From Pelagibacteraceae bacterium AG-325-C10 (lineage in GTDB: Bacteria > Pseudomonadota > Alphaproteobacteria > Pelagibacterales > Pelagibacteraceae): a DNA stretch of 64,000 bases. The stretch covers positions 18,913 to 82,912 of the forward strand of contig QBYD01000002.1 in NCBI GenBank assembly GCA_003282975.1, in the 5' to 3' direction. A model generated the notes under the pieces. The model was not told the origin of the DNA. It saw nothing but the letters and a program-made list of their open reading frames with translations, and searched no databases. Both the position numbers and the translations under genes were made by a program. Shown in pieces: positions 1 through 9,876 of the stretch. How positions within the stretch are numbered: position 1 is the stretch's first letter; each line of letters starts with the position of its first letter.

Positions 1-762
1 CCATTGACTGATGAAAATTTTAATGAAAATGAATTTGTTATAAAATCAAAGCAACTTTTAAAATTATTAAATAAATGTAAATTTTCAGTTTCAAATGACG
101 AAACTAGGCATTATTTAAGTGGTATATATTTCCATCAAACTGAAGTTGAAGATAAAAACTATTTGACTGCTGTTGCAACGGATAGTCATCGTATGTCAAT
201 TTCAAAAATAAGATTAGATCAAAAAATTGATTTCGAACCTATTATACTTCCAAAAAAAACAATCTTTCAGTTATGTTCAATATTGGACAGTTATGATGGA
301 GATGTAAAAGTTTCTAATCTTAAGTCGAAAATTAAATTTGAATTAAATAACAGCATTTTAATTTCTAAATTAATTGATGGAAAATTTCCAAACTACATTC
401 AAGTAATACCAAAAAATAACCAAAAAAAATTAGAAATAGATCTTAAATTATTTCTTAATTCAGTTGATAGAGTTGCATCTGTTTCCTTAGATAAAAAAGA
501 TGGAGTAAAATTTAATTTATCAAAAGATATTTTGGATCTCTCAGTTAATAATACAAATAGTGGAGATGGTAAGGAAACTTTAAATGTAAAGTTTGATCAT
601 GATTTAGAGATAAGTTTTAACTCAAGATATTTAATTGATGTGGCATCGCAACTTGATGGAGAAAGAGTTGAAGTATTTTTTAATGATACTGGCTCACCAG
701 CGTTGATAAAAGATCCGGGTGATTTTGACAGTATATTTGTTGTAATGCCAATGAAGGGCTAG
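1..762 (+). CDS. dnaN: DNA polymerase III beta sliding clamp (5'-truncated by window edge)
   Basis: Motifs ETRHYLSG, ATDSHR, SKLIDGKFPNY and C-terminal VVMPM; frame is open from base 1. Confidence 0.96.
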   Translation, partial: PLTDENFNENEFVIKSKQLLKLLNKCKFSVSNDETRHYLSGIYFHQTEVEDKNYLTAVATDSHRMSISKIRLDQKIDFEPIILPKKTIFQLCSILDSYDGDVKVSNLKSKIKFELNNSILISKLIDGKFPNYIQVIPKNNQKKLEIDLKLFLNSVDRVASVSLDKKDGVKFNLSKDILDLSVNNTNSGDGKETLNVKFDHDLEISFNSRYLIDVASQLDGERVEVFFNDTGSPALIKDPGDFDSIFVVMPMKG

Positions 763-1469
763 TTAAGTAAATCTAGTTCTTCGTATATACTCTTTTCCAA
801 ATTATTTAGAAATTCTTCTTTTGGAAGTCCAGAAGCTATAGGTTTTAAAATTACAATTGTAATTGTTTTATGGCTTAATTTAAAACCTTTTTTTGGCCAA
901 ACATATCCAGAGTTAATAGCAACAGGCTGACATGGAATTTTTAATTCTTCATAAATTCTGGAAGCACCTTTTTTAAAAGATGGTCTTTCGTTAGGCAAAA
1001 CTCTTGTGCCTTGAGGAAATATTATTAGCGGTCTTTTTGAGCTAGAAATAATTTTAGCAATATCTTCAAAGAATCCTAAATTATCTTTAGTAATTTTATT
1101 TCTTTTAATCGAAATAGATCCAATTTTTTTTAAGTACCAACCAAAAATAGGAATTAATAATAATTCTTTTTTTAAGATAAAGACTGGAGAATTGAAAATT
1201 GTTTGAAGATAAAAGGTTTCAAACATTGATTGATGAGATGCACAAATAAAAAACTTTTCATTATTAATAATATTTTCTTTACCTTTGATTATAATTTTTG
1301 ATGATAAAAAAACTTTTAAACACAATTCAGTCCAATGTCCCATTAGTTTTCCACCTAATAAAACAACTTTTTGAGGTAAAAAAAATGCAGGTAAAAAAAT
1401 TAATGAAATTAAAATTATTCCTAAAAAGAAAAAAATTGAAAATATAAAGTTTCTAATCATTATGATCAA
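759..1469 (-). CDS. plsC: 1-acyl-sn-glycerol-3-phosphate acyltransferase
   Basis: HQSMFE (HX4D/E-like) and FPQGTR motifs; N-terminal TM helix. Confidence 0.88.
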   Translation of the reverse strand: MIIMIRNFIFSIFFFLGIILISLIFLPAFFLPQKVVLLGGKLMGHWTELCLKVFLSSKIIIKGKENIINNEKFFICASHQSMFETFYLQTIFNSPVFILKKELLLIPIFGWYLKKIGSISIKRNKITKDNLGFFEDIAKIISSSKRPLIIFPQGTRVLPNERPSFKKGASRIYEELKIPCQPVAINSGYVWPKKGFKLSHKTITIVILKPIASGLPKEEFLNNLEKSIYEELDLLN

Positions 1470-1472
1470 AAG

Positions 1473-2687
1473 TTACATCAAGTCTTTGTACTTCTGTTTT
1501 TTTCTTATAATTTGAATTTTCGATCCTTTAATTAATATTTCTGATGGTTTTAATCTGATATTATAATTAGAGCTGAGGGACATACCATAAGCGCCAACAT
1601 CACATATTGCTATCAAATCTTTTTCTTTTAATTCCTGAAAATTTTTTAAAGTATTAAATTTATCTGTACTTTCACATATTGGTCCAACAAATTCATAAGT
1701 TTTATTAGATTTTCTTTTACTTTTTATAGATGGTAGAATTTTATGATGAGCTCCGTACAAAGCTGGTCTCATTAAATCATTCATAGCTGCATCTAAAATT
1801 ATAAAGTTTTTTGACTCATTTTTTTTAATGTAAATTATTTTAGAAATAAGAGTTCCAGTGTCTCCTATTATTGATCTTCCTGGTTCAAATATAATTTTTA
1901 ATTTATGTCTTTTTAAAAATTTTTTAATTATTTCATTGTATTTTGCATAATTAAGTTTTTTATCTTTATGTGTGTATGAAATACCCATACCACCGCCCAG
2001 GTCAATGAATTCAAACTTATGATTAATTTTATCTATTATTCTATCAACTACTCTGAGCATTTTTTCATAAGGTTTGTAATCTAAAATTTGACTTCCAATA
2101 TGAACACTAAGACACTTTAGACTAATATTTTTTGAATTTTTACAAAAGTTAACAAGTTTAAAAAATATTTTTTCATTTACTCCAAACTTATTTTCTTTTT
2201 TTCCAGTTGAAATTTGACTTAATGTTTTTGCATCTGTATTTGGATTTAATCGAATACCAATTTTAACTTTTCTTTTTTTTATTTTTGCGATTCTATCAAT
2301 TTCTCTAACTTCACTTTCAGATTCGGCATTAATTAATAATATTTTTTTTTCTACTGCAAAACTTATTTCCTCAGATGTTTTGCCAACTCCTGAAAAAACA
2401 ATTTTTTTTGGGCTTACACCAGCTTTTATTGCCATCAGAAGTTCTCCCTTCGATACTACATCTGCACCAAGGCCAAATTTTTTTATTTCTCTTATCAGAT
2501 TGATATTAGTGTTAGATTTAACTGCAAAACAAATTAATGGAGAAAAAGAACTAAAATTTTTTTGAAAATTTTTAATATTTTTCTTTAACTTGTTAAAAGA
2601 GTAGCAATAAATTGGTGTACCATATTTTTCTGCTATATCTTGTACTTTAACTTTATCAATTGTAAGTTTTTTACTGATATACTTCAT
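1473..2687 (-). CDS. lysA: Diaminopimelate decarboxylase
   Basis: FAVKSN (PLP Lys), HIGSQ, DLGGG, EPGR, GPICESTD, GAYG motifs. Confidence 0.96.
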   Translation of the reverse strand: MKYISKKLTIDKVKVQDIAEKYGTPIYCYSFNKLKKNIKNFQKNFSSFSPLICFAVKSNTNINLIREIKKFGLGADVVSKGELLMAIKAGVSPKKIVFSGVGKTSEEISFAVEKKILLINAESESEVREIDRIAKIKKRKVKIGIRLNPNTDAKTLSQISTGKKENKFGVNEKIFFKLVNFCKNSKNISLKCLSVHIGSQILDYKPYEKMLRVVDRIIDKINHKFEFIDLGGGMGISYTHKDKKLNYAKYNEIIKKFLKRHKLKIIFEPGRSIIGDTGTLISKIIYIKKNESKNFIILDAAMNDLMRPALYGAHHKILPSIKSKRKSNKTYEFVGPICESTDKFNTLKNFQELKEKDLIAICDVGAYGMSLSSNYNIRLKPSEILIKGSKIQIIRKKQKYKDLM

Positions 2688-2803
2688 TATTTTTGTTTGA
2701 ATAACTCATTACATTTTTCTTGGTTATTCTTTGGACATCCTTTTTTACCACACGAAACTAACATTATTGACAATAATATTATTAAGATAATTTTTCTTAT
2801 CAT
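2687..2803 (-). CDS. Small lipoprotein, LptM/YifL-like, 38 aa (not in ORF track)
   Basis: Hand translation MIRKIILIILLSIMLVSCGKKGCPKNNQEKCNELFKQK*; signal peptide, lipobox LVSC, then GKKG; fills the argH-lysA gap and its TAA overlaps the lysA ATG. Confidence 0.8.
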   Translation of the reverse strand: MIRKIILIILLSIMLVSCGKKGCPKNNQEKCNELFKQK

Positions 2804-2805
2804 AT

Positions 2806-4191
2806 TTATTTCTTATATTTCATTATCATTTTTTTTATATTATCAAAAGATGTTCCTCCAAAAGATTTTTTCGAATTAACAGAATTCTTTAAATCAAAGA
2901 CTTTTAAAACATCATTTGTTAACTTTGGTTCAATTTTTTTTAATTCTTCTATGCTTAATTCATCGAGTTTCTTCTTATTTTTCTCAGCTAAATTAACTAT
3001 GGCAGCTGTTTTTTGATAAGCTTTTCTAAAAGACATTGAATGATTTTTTACGAGATAATCAGCTAAATCAGTTGCTGTAATATGCCCAGAACTTGCAAGT
3101 TCAAGCATCTTTTTTTTATTAGGACTAGTATTTTTAAGTATTTCATCAAAAATTTTAAGACAATTAATTAAAGTATCATTTGATTTAAAAACAATCTCTT
3201 TATCATCTTGGAGATCTTTAAAGTAAGATAGTGGAAGGCCTTTTAGAATAGTAAGCATTGAAAATAAATTACCATAACTACTTCCAGACTTTCCTCTTAA
3301 ATATTCTAATAAATCTGGATTTTTCTTTTGAGGCATTATTGATGAACCTGTCACAACTTTATCTGAAAGATGGATCAAATTAAAACCATCTGAACTCCAA
3401 ATAATAAGTTCTTCAGCTATTCTTGAAATATGCATTGAACATACAGAAACACTATATAAAAAATCTAAAACAAAATCTCTATCTGATACAGTGTCAACTG
3501 AATTATTTGTTGGTTTTTTAAATCCTAGTTTTTTGCTTGTATAATTTCTGTCAATATTGAAAGAAGTTCCTGTTAGCGCAGCAACTCCCAAGGGATTTTC
3601 ATCTAAACTTTCTAAATTATTAGTAAATCTTTTTTTATCTCTGTTAAACATTTCTACATAAGCCATAAGGTAGTGAGCAAAAGATATAGCCTGTGCATTT
3701 TTAAGATGAGTAAATCCAGGCATAATGGTATCTATATTTTTCTCTGCTAATTTTAATGTGCCTTTAATTACTTTATCTATTGAAATATTAATCTCCTTAG
3801 TTGAAGATCTTATCCAAATTTTAAAGTCAGTAATTACCTGATCATTTCTAGATCTTGCCGTGTGAATGTAACCCGCTTCTTCTCCTATTACTTGAAAAAG
3901 TCTTTTTTCTATATTCATGTGAATGTCTTCATATTTTTTATTAAACTCAAATTTTTTTTTAGAAATTTCTTTTTCTATTTTCATAAGCCCATAGATAATT
4001 TTATTTTTAATTTTAAAAGAAATAATTTTTTGTTTAAATAACATCTCAACATGAGCAATCGAACCTTTAATATCCTCCTTATAAAGTCTTTTATCAATAT
4101 CAATTGAGTTACCAACTTTTTGAAATAAGCTTGATGCGCTCTTCTTGATACGCGTATTCCATATTGCTTGGTTGTTTTTATTTTTTGCCAT
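2806..4191 (-). CDS. argH: Argininosuccinate lyase
   Basis: EDIH, HTARSRNDQV, MPGFTHL, GSSIMPQKKNPD signature. Confidence 0.97.
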   Translation of the reverse strand: MAKNKNNQAIWNTRIKKSASSLFQKVGNSIDIDKRLYKEDIKGSIAHVEMLFKQKIISFKIKNKIIYGLMKIEKEISKKKFEFNKKYEDIHMNIEKRLFQVIGEEAGYIHTARSRNDQVITDFKIWIRSSTKEINISIDKVIKGTLKLAEKNIDTIMPGFTHLKNAQAISFAHYLMAYVEMFNRDKKRFTNNLESLDENPLGVAALTGTSFNIDRNYTSKKLGFKKPTNNSVDTVSDRDFVLDFLYSVSVCSMHISRIAEELIIWSSDGFNLIHLSDKVVTGSSIMPQKKNPDLLEYLRGKSGSSYGNLFSMLTILKGLPLSYFKDLQDDKEIVFKSNDTLINCLKIFDEILKNTSPNKKKMLELASSGHITATDLADYLVKNHSMSFRKAYQKTAAIVNLAEKNKKKLDELSIEELKKIEPKLTNDVLKVFDLKNSVNSKKSFGGTSFDNIKKMIMKYKK

Positions 4192-4215
4192 GGTATTTAA
4201 TTATAACTATTTAAC

Positions 4216-4725
4216 ATGAGATTTTTAATATTATTTATTTTTTTGACAACTAATGTCTTTGCTAATGATGTATCCGAAATAAAAAATGTTGTCATTCATA
4301 AAGATCCAAAAGTCTATGATAATGTTATTTTTTTAGACAAAAAGGATAAAAGAATTAACTTAAGTGAATTTAATGGAAATCTAATCTTATTAAATTTTTG
4401 GGCTACTTGGTGTGAGCCATGTAAAGAAGAAATGCCATCTTTAGATAGGCTACAAATTAATGAAGATTTGAATAATTTAAAAGTTTTTGTAATTAATATA
4501 TCCAAAGAAAGTATAAAAAAAATTGATGGTTTTTTTAAAGAGTTAAATATTAAAAATCTTGAACCATATTTTGATGCTCCAACCACACTTGCAAAAACAT
4601 TTGGCTTACGTGGAGTTCCAACATCAATCCTTATTGATAAAGAGGGAAAAGAATTTGCTAGAATAATTGGATCAATAGATTTTGATGATGAAAACTTTAT
4701 AGGTTGGTTAAAGGACTATAATTAG
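4216..4725 (+). CDS. TlpA-family thiol:disulfide oxidoreductase
   Basis: NFWATWCEPC (CXXC) and GVPT cis-Pro motif; signal/TM N-terminus; divergent from argH. Confidence 0.9.
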   Translation: MRFLILFIFLTTNVFANDVSEIKNVVIHKDPKVYDNVIFLDKKDKRINLSEFNGNLILLNFWATWCEPCKEEMPSLDRLQINEDLNNLKVFVINISKESIKKIDGFFKELNIKNLEPYFDAPTTLAKTFGLRGVPTSILIDKEGKEFARIIGSIDFDDENFIGWLKDYN

Positions 4726-4925
4726 TTTTTAAAAAAATAAGCAAACCCTACGAGAACAAGTATGGCTATAAATTGAAGTAGAACTCTTAGTTGCATTAAT
4801 TTATTTGAATATTTTTTGCTAGTTTCTCCTCCTTTAAAGAGAGTTCCAATTCCTAAAACTAAAACAATTCCTACAGCTATTAAAAGCACTATAGATAGAA
4901 TTTTTACAAATATTCCTGAAAGCAT
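4722..4925 (-). CDS. HIG1-domain twin-transmembrane small protein
   Basis: Two TM helices flanking SNKLMQLRVLLQ motif. Confidence 0.8.
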   Translation of the reverse strand: MLSGIFVKILSIVLLIAVGIVLVLGIGTLFKGGETSKKYSNKLMQLRVLLQFIAILVLVGFAYFFKN

Positions 4926-4974
4926 ATAAATATTGTAGATTGTTTTAAGAAATAAAAAACATAATTAATCAACT

Positions 4975-5625
4975 ATGACATTTTGCCTAGATTCAATAAT
5001 AATTAAGCCAGAAGAAGGAACTGAAATTAAAAACGCTATTATTTTACTCCATGGATATGGTGGAGATGGCAATGATATTAGTATGTTGACCTTAAACTGG
5101 AAAAGACATTTGCCTAACACAGTTTTTATTTGTCCGAATGGGCATGAAACTTGCTCAATAAATCCATCAGGATGCCAATGGTTTGATCTTACCAAAGAAG
5201 ACTCTAGTTACATACTTGAACAATCATTAAAAGCTGAGGAAAAGATTAAACAATTTATCGGTGAAATTAAAAAAGAATTTAATTTATCAAATGATAAAAT
5301 ATGTCTATCAGGTTTCAGTCAGGGCTGCATGATGTCACTTAATGTTGGTTTAACTTCAGAAGAAAAATTTTTATGCATTATAGGTTTTTCTGGAAAAATA
5401 ATTAATAAAGACAATTTGAAATCAAGAATCAAAAATTCAACAGAAACACTATTAATTCATGGTGATGCAGATCAAGTTGTACCTTCTACTCATCTGTTAG
5501 AGGCTAAAGATTTTTTAATTAGAAATAATATTGATGTGAAAACTCTTTTAATTAAAAATTGTGATCATCATATTCCTATAGAGGCTTCAAGTACAGCTCT
5601 TAATTATATTTTAAAAAAAATTTAG
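4975..5625 (+). CDS. Phospholipase/carboxylesterase (alpha/beta hydrolase)
   Basis: LLHGYG, GFSQG nucleophile motif, HGDADQVVP, C-terminal His. Confidence 0.88.
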   Translation: MTFCLDSIIIKPEEGTEIKNAIILLHGYGGDGNDISMLTLNWKRHLPNTVFICPNGHETCSINPSGCQWFDLTKEDSSYILEQSLKAEEKIKQFIGEIKKEFNLSNDKICLSGFSQGCMMSLNVGLTSEEKFLCIIGFSGKIINKDNLKSRIKNSTETLLIHGDADQVVPSTHLLEAKDFLIRNNIDVKTLLIKNCDHHIPIEASSTALNYILKKI

Positions 5626-5672
5626 TATTCCTTAATATTGATAAAATTGTTTAAGTAAGTTAAAAATACTTA

Positions 5673-6242
5673 ATGAATAATTTTATCGAACAAAATGTTT
5701 CGTTAGAAAAATGCCCCGCATTAGTACTTAATGCTGATTATAGACCATTAAGCTACTATCCTTTGTCTTTATGGTCATGGCAAGACACTGTAAAGTCTGT
5801 TTTTTTAGATAGAGTTATAATTGTAAGTAACTATGATAGAACAATAAGAAGTCCTTCATTTAATATGCAATTACCCAGTGTTATTGCTCTAAAAGACTAT
5901 ATTATTCCACAGACCAAACCTAGTTTTACAAGATTTAATGTTTTCTTAAGAGATAAATTTTCATGTCAATATTGTGGAAGTAGTGAAGAGTTAACTTTTG
6001 ATCATTTATTACCAAGATCAAAAGGAGGTGAAACCAATTGGGATAATGTGGTAACCGCTTGTTCATCCTGTAATGTTAAAAAAGGTGGAAAATTATTGAA
6101 ATTTTCAGGAATGAAGCTTAACCAGAACCCATATAGACCTTCTACAGAAGATTTACATAAAAATGGCAAAAACTTTCCACCAAATTTTTTACATAAAAGT
6201 TGGATGGATTATTTGTACTGGGATGTCGAGTTAGAGTCTTAA
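5673..6242 (+). CDS. HNH endonuclease (McrA-like, standalone)
   Basis: CQYC, DHLLPRSKGG, NVVTACSSCN; ALVLNADY N-terminal motif. Confidence 0.9.
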   Translation: MNNFIEQNVSLEKCPALVLNADYRPLSYYPLSLWSWQDTVKSVFLDRVIIVSNYDRTIRSPSFNMQLPSVIALKDYIIPQTKPSFTRFNVFLRDKFSCQYCGSSEELTFDHLLPRSKGGETNWDNVVTACSSCNVKKGGKLLKFSGMKLNQNPYRPSTEDLHKNGKNFPPNFLHKSWMDYLYWDVELES

Positions 6243-6772
6243 ATTTTTTCAGAAATATTTATTGCAATTTTAGAGCCAGTTTTAATTATTTTATCTAATA
6301 TTGAGTAGGCGCCTTTTTTTGTTGCACCCTCATCATAGGCAATATCCTTGTGATGTATTTCATCTTCTCTAAATTTAATAATCTTTTTTTTAAGATTTTT
6401 CTCATCATTACCAAGTTGGTTAATTTGGTCGAGATAATGTTTATCAATAACTTCTTCCACTGAAGCAGTACAAAGCATTGCAGCTTTTTTACCTAATAAA
6501 GTTGATCCAAATCCTAACCCTACTCCCAATAAATCCCATAGAGGCAAAAATTTTGTTGGTTGAATATTTCTTTTCTTAATTTCATTTTCAAAAAATTCAC
6601 AATGTTCTTTTTCATGTTCTTTCATTTCTTCAATAGTTTTTTTTAAACTATCATCTTTAATAAATGTATTTAATGCAAGTAATTGGCCTTCATAAATTTT
6701 GATTGCACCTCTTTCACCTGCATGATCAACTCTAATAAATTCTTCAACTCTTTTATTATTAATTTTTGTCAT
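6239..6772 (-). CDS. coq7: Demethoxyubiquinone hydroxylase (Coq7 family)
   Basis: RVDHAGERGA, EKEH, DEIHH di-iron motifs. Confidence 0.92.
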   Translation of the reverse strand: MTKINNKRVEEFIRVDHAGERGAIKIYEGQLLALNTFIKDDSLKKTIEEMKEHEKEHCEFFENEIKKRNIQPTKFLPLWDLLGVGLGFGSTLLGKKAAMLCTASVEEVIDKHYLDQINQLGNDEKNLKKKIIKFREDEIHHKDIAYDEGATKKGAYSILDKIIKTGSKIAINISEKI

Positions 6773-7241
6773 AATCTAAATAAATTTTTGTTGTGTATAT
6801 TGTAATTAATAAAGATATTAAAATATTATAAGTTGTAAGTGATAATCCAAATATTTTAAATGTTACATCTTTGCAAGATATACTTTTTTCTTGCAATTGC
6901 TTTAAAATGTCATCTTTTGACAACAAATTTGACCTACTTTTCAGATCACAAACCATTGATTCTTGAATAAAACCCTGCTCAATACCTAAATGATATAGAG
7001 ATAGAATAGATGCAAAAAAAAACACAATTGTAAGTAAGATTAAAAATAATTTTTCAAGATGATTAAATTTATAATTTAATAAAATTAATATTATTGCTAA
7101 TAGATATGGTATTCGTTCTAAAATACAAAGATTACATGGCTGATGACCCAGTTTATATTCAATAAAGAGCGCAGATGCTAAAGCAATTATACTGATTAAA
7201 AAAATAAGCTTTATTAATAAGTTTTTACTATTTTCAGCCAT
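6759..7241 (-). CDS. dsbB: Disulfide bond formation protein B family
   Basis: PCNLCILER motif, four TM helices, second Cys pair. Confidence 0.85.
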   Translation of the reverse strand: MAENSKNLLIKLIFLISIIALASALFIEYKLGHQPCNLCILERIPYLLAIILILLNYKFNHLEKLFLILLTIVFFFASILSLYHLGIEQGFIQESMVCDLKSRSNLLSKDDILKQLQEKSISCKDVTFKIFGLSLTTYNILISLLITIYTTKIYLDYDKN

Positions 7242-7839
7242 TAAGTTTTAAAAATAAATATATAAATACAAATATTATAACTATTAAAATCCCAATAACA
7301 GTAAACCATTTTGATCCATGTTTATTCATATATTCAGTAAATAATTCTCCAAATTTATAGGATAGAAATGCAACAATAAAAAATCTAAGAGATCTTGAAA
7401 CGAGACTGACAATTATAAAAACAGGTAAATTAAATGTAATTAAGCCACTTGTGATTGTAAAAGCTTTATATGGCAAAGGTGTAAAGCCTGCTAAAAAAAG
7501 TATACTCAACCATGCTAGGAAACCACTCCCTTTAGACATGCTTGATTTTAAATTTTCAACTTTATCCTCATAATTATAAAATTCGACAACATACATTGCT
7601 AAATCAAAAAATAGGTAGCCAATCAAATATCCTAAAATACCCCCTAGAACTGAAAATATAGAAGCTATTAAAAATATTTTTATAAATTGTTTTTTTTTAG
7701 CAATTACCATCGGAACAATCATTACATCTGGCGGTATAGGAAAAAATGAACTTTCAATAAAAGATACAAGTCCTAAATAAAAGTTTGAATTTTTATGTCC
7801 AGCTAAATTCAAACATTTTTTATAAAGTCTTTGAAACAT
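7234..7839 (-). CDS. YqaA/DedA-family membrane protein
   Basis: ESSFFPIPPD and FTPLPYK motifs. Confidence 0.88.
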   Translation of the reverse strand: MFQRLYKKCLNLAGHKNSNFYLGLVSFIESSFFPIPPDVMIVPMVIAKKKQFIKIFLIASIFSVLGGILGYLIGYLFFDLAMYVVEFYNYEDKVENLKSSMSKGSGFLAWLSILFLAGFTPLPYKAFTITSGLITFNLPVFIIVSLVSRSLRFFIVAFLSYKFGELFTEYMNKHGSKWFTVIGILIVIIFVFIYLFLKLNG

Positions 7840-7900
7840 TTTTTGGTTTTAATATAAATTTAGTTCTTATACTATTTAAATATAATTTAATAAAAATTAA

Positions 7901-7985
7901 GGGCGAATGGCGGAACTGGTAGACGCGCACGACTCAAAATCGTGTTTCGCAAGAAGTGAGAGTTCGATTCTCTCTTCGCCCACCA
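7901..7985 (+). tRNA. tRNA-Leu(CAA)
   Basis: Acceptor GGGCGAA/TTCGCCC, anticodon arm CACGA-CTCAAAA-TCGTG, long variable arm, TTCGATT T-loop, encoded CCA. Confidence 0.96.
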
Positions 7986-7991
7986 GAAATA

Positions 7992-9719
7992 ATGAATTTA
8001 GAAAATTTAAACAACTTAATTGAATTATTTTCTCTTCAAGTAATCAAACAAAATAAAAAAGATGTTTTTTTAGAATCGCTTAATCCATTAAATAAAAAAA
8101 CATATACATGGGAAGAAACACAAAATAATATTTTAAAATTATCGAAAATAATTAGAGAAAACATAAAGGAGGATGAAAGATGCCTTTTGGTTTCTGAAAA
8201 TAGACCAGAATGGTTTATTTCTGATATGGCAATTATGTTGTCAGGAGGAATTACTGTACCTGCATACACAACATACACTGAAGATGATTATAAATATTTA
8301 ATTGAAGACTGTGAACCAAGCTTATTAATTGTGTCAAACAATGAAATGCTTAAAAAATTGAATAATATAATTAATGAAAAAAAATTTATAAAAAAGATAA
8401 TAACATTAGATGAAGTTAATAAAGTAACTAATAACTTAAACATAATAAATAAAAATAAATTTTTAGATTTTAATACGATACTAAAAAATAATTTATTTGA
8501 AGAAGATAAAATACAAAATAATAGATTAAAAAGAACTTCTCCAGCATGTATAATTTATACATCAGGAACTGGAGGCAACCCAAAAGGTGTAGTCTTAAGC
8601 CATGGTGGAATTTTAAATAATCTTGTTGGAGCATCTGAGATTTTAAAACCACTTATAGATACAAGGCCAGTATTTTTAACTTGGCTTCCACTTTCCCATT
8701 CTTATGAACATAGTGTACAATTTGTTCAAATTGCTGTTGGAGCAAAAGTATTTTATGCAGAAAAAATAGAAAAACTTTTAGAAAATATATCTGAGGCCAA
8801 ACCTACAATTATGACAGCAGTTCCAAGATTCTATCAAAATCTTTATAACAAAATAAATATTAATTTAAAAAAACAATCAGGTTTCAAAGCTCAATTAATT
8901 AATGCAACCATTCAATTGGGCAAGAAAAAACTATTAAACCAAAAAATGACCGTCAAAGAAAAATTTGTAAATATGATAACTGAAGCCTTAGTAAGAAAAA
9001 AAATAAAAAAACAATTTGGTGGAAATTTAAAAGCTTTTGTTTCAGGCGGAGGAGCACTAGATAAAGAAATAGGAGAATTTTTGAATTCTGTAGGACTGCC
9101 TACACTTCAAGGTTATGGTCTCACAGAAACCTCTCCAGTAGTAAGTTGTAACCCTATAGATAAGATAAAAGTTGAAACTGTAGGACCACCTTTTAAAGGA
9201 AACCAAGTAAAAATTGCTGATGATGGAGAAATTTTAGTTAAAGGGGAAAATGTAATGTTGGGGTACTGGAATAAAAAAGAGGAGACAGATGAAGTTATTA
9301 TTGATGGATGGCTTCATACAGGTGATATTGGAGAAATAGACCCAGAGGGTTATTTAAAAATAACTGATAGAAAAAAAGATATTATTGTAAGTGCGGGAGG
9401 AGATAACATTTCACCAGCTAAAATTGAAAATATGATTACAAATGAACCAGAAATAGATCAATGCATGGTTTATGGTGATAAAAAAAATTATTTAGTTGCA
9501 TTAATAGTACCTAGTAAAGACTTTTTAAGAGAGAAAGAAAAAATTGATAATGTAATTGAAAAAATAAATAAAAAATTAACTTTATTAGAAAAAATAAAAA
9601 AAATTCAATTAATAGATGAAAATTTTTCTATAGAAAATGGTTTAATGACACCAACAATGAAAGTAAAAAGAAAAAAAGTAACTGAAAAATATAAAAATCG
9701 ATTAGAAAAACTTTATTAA
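7992..9719 (+). CDS. Long-chain fatty acid--CoA ligase (AMP-binding); start corrected to ATG 7992
   Basis: IIYTSGTGGNPKG, QGYGLTETSP, GWLHTGDIG, LTPT-like C-terminal motif (MTPTMKVKR); the ORF-track start at 7956 lies inside the tRNA. Confidence 0.9.
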   Translation: MNLENLNNLIELFSLQVIKQNKKDVFLESLNPLNKKTYTWEETQNNILKLSKIIRENIKEDERCLLVSENRPEWFISDMAIMLSGGITVPAYTTYTEDDYKYLIEDCEPSLLIVSNNEMLKKLNNIINEKKFIKKIITLDEVNKVTNNLNIINKNKFLDFNTILKNNLFEEDKIQNNRLKRTSPACIIYTSGTGGNPKGVVLSHGGILNNLVGASEILKPLIDTRPVFLTWLPLSHSYEHSVQFVQIAVGAKVFYAEKIEKLLENISEAKPTIMTAVPRFYQNLYNKININLKKQSGFKAQLINATIQLGKKKLLNQKMTVKEKFVNMITEALVRKKIKKQFGGNLKAFVSGGGALDKEIGEFLNSVGLPTLQGYGLTETSPVVSCNPIDKIKVETVGPPFKGNQVKIADDGEILVKGENVMLGYWNKKEETDEVIIDGWLHTGDIGEIDPEGYLKITDRKKDIIVSAGGDNISPAKIENMITNEPEIDQCMVYGDKKNYLVALIVPSKDFLREKEKIDNVIEKINKKLTLLEKIKKIQLIDENFSIENGLMTPTMKVKRKKVTEKYKNRLEKLY

Positions 9720-9836
9720 ATTAATTTTAAATATCTGTTTATTATCCGCATAAACATTAACAAAATTAATTAAAAAAAATTCTAAAAAAAAATAAAAATA
9801 AAATTTTTTTTTTAAATTTATGTTTTAATTAAAGAA

Positions 9837-9865
9837 TTGACATAACTTGCAGAAAAAAATAAAAA
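9837..9865 (+). promoter_or_regulatory. Candidate sigma70 promoter for the small basic protein gene
   Basis: Perfect TTGACA (9837-9842), 17-nt spacer, weak -10 TAAAAA; A/T-tract region upstream. Confidence 0.45.
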
Positions 9866-9876
9866 TATATTAACAG

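Noticed and set aside
2640-2879. 79-aa plus-strand ORF
   Set aside because: Antisense to lysA, the small lipoprotein and argH; the minus-strand lipoprotein explains the interval
5673-6242. HNH nuclease as a mobile element, homing endonuclease or defence locus
   Set aside because: No intron, repeats, methyltransferase or integrase nearby; it sits among housekeeping genes
7956-7991. ORF-track N-terminal extension (MRVRFSLRPPEI) of the acyl-CoA ligase
   Set aside because: It is the tRNA-Leu T-arm and acceptor read in frame from a GTG; ATG 7992 is the more plausible start
9720-9836. Long A- and T-tracts as a repeat array or replication origin
   Set aside because: No regular repeat unit or clustered DnaA boxes; consistent with AT-rich upstream promoter DNA
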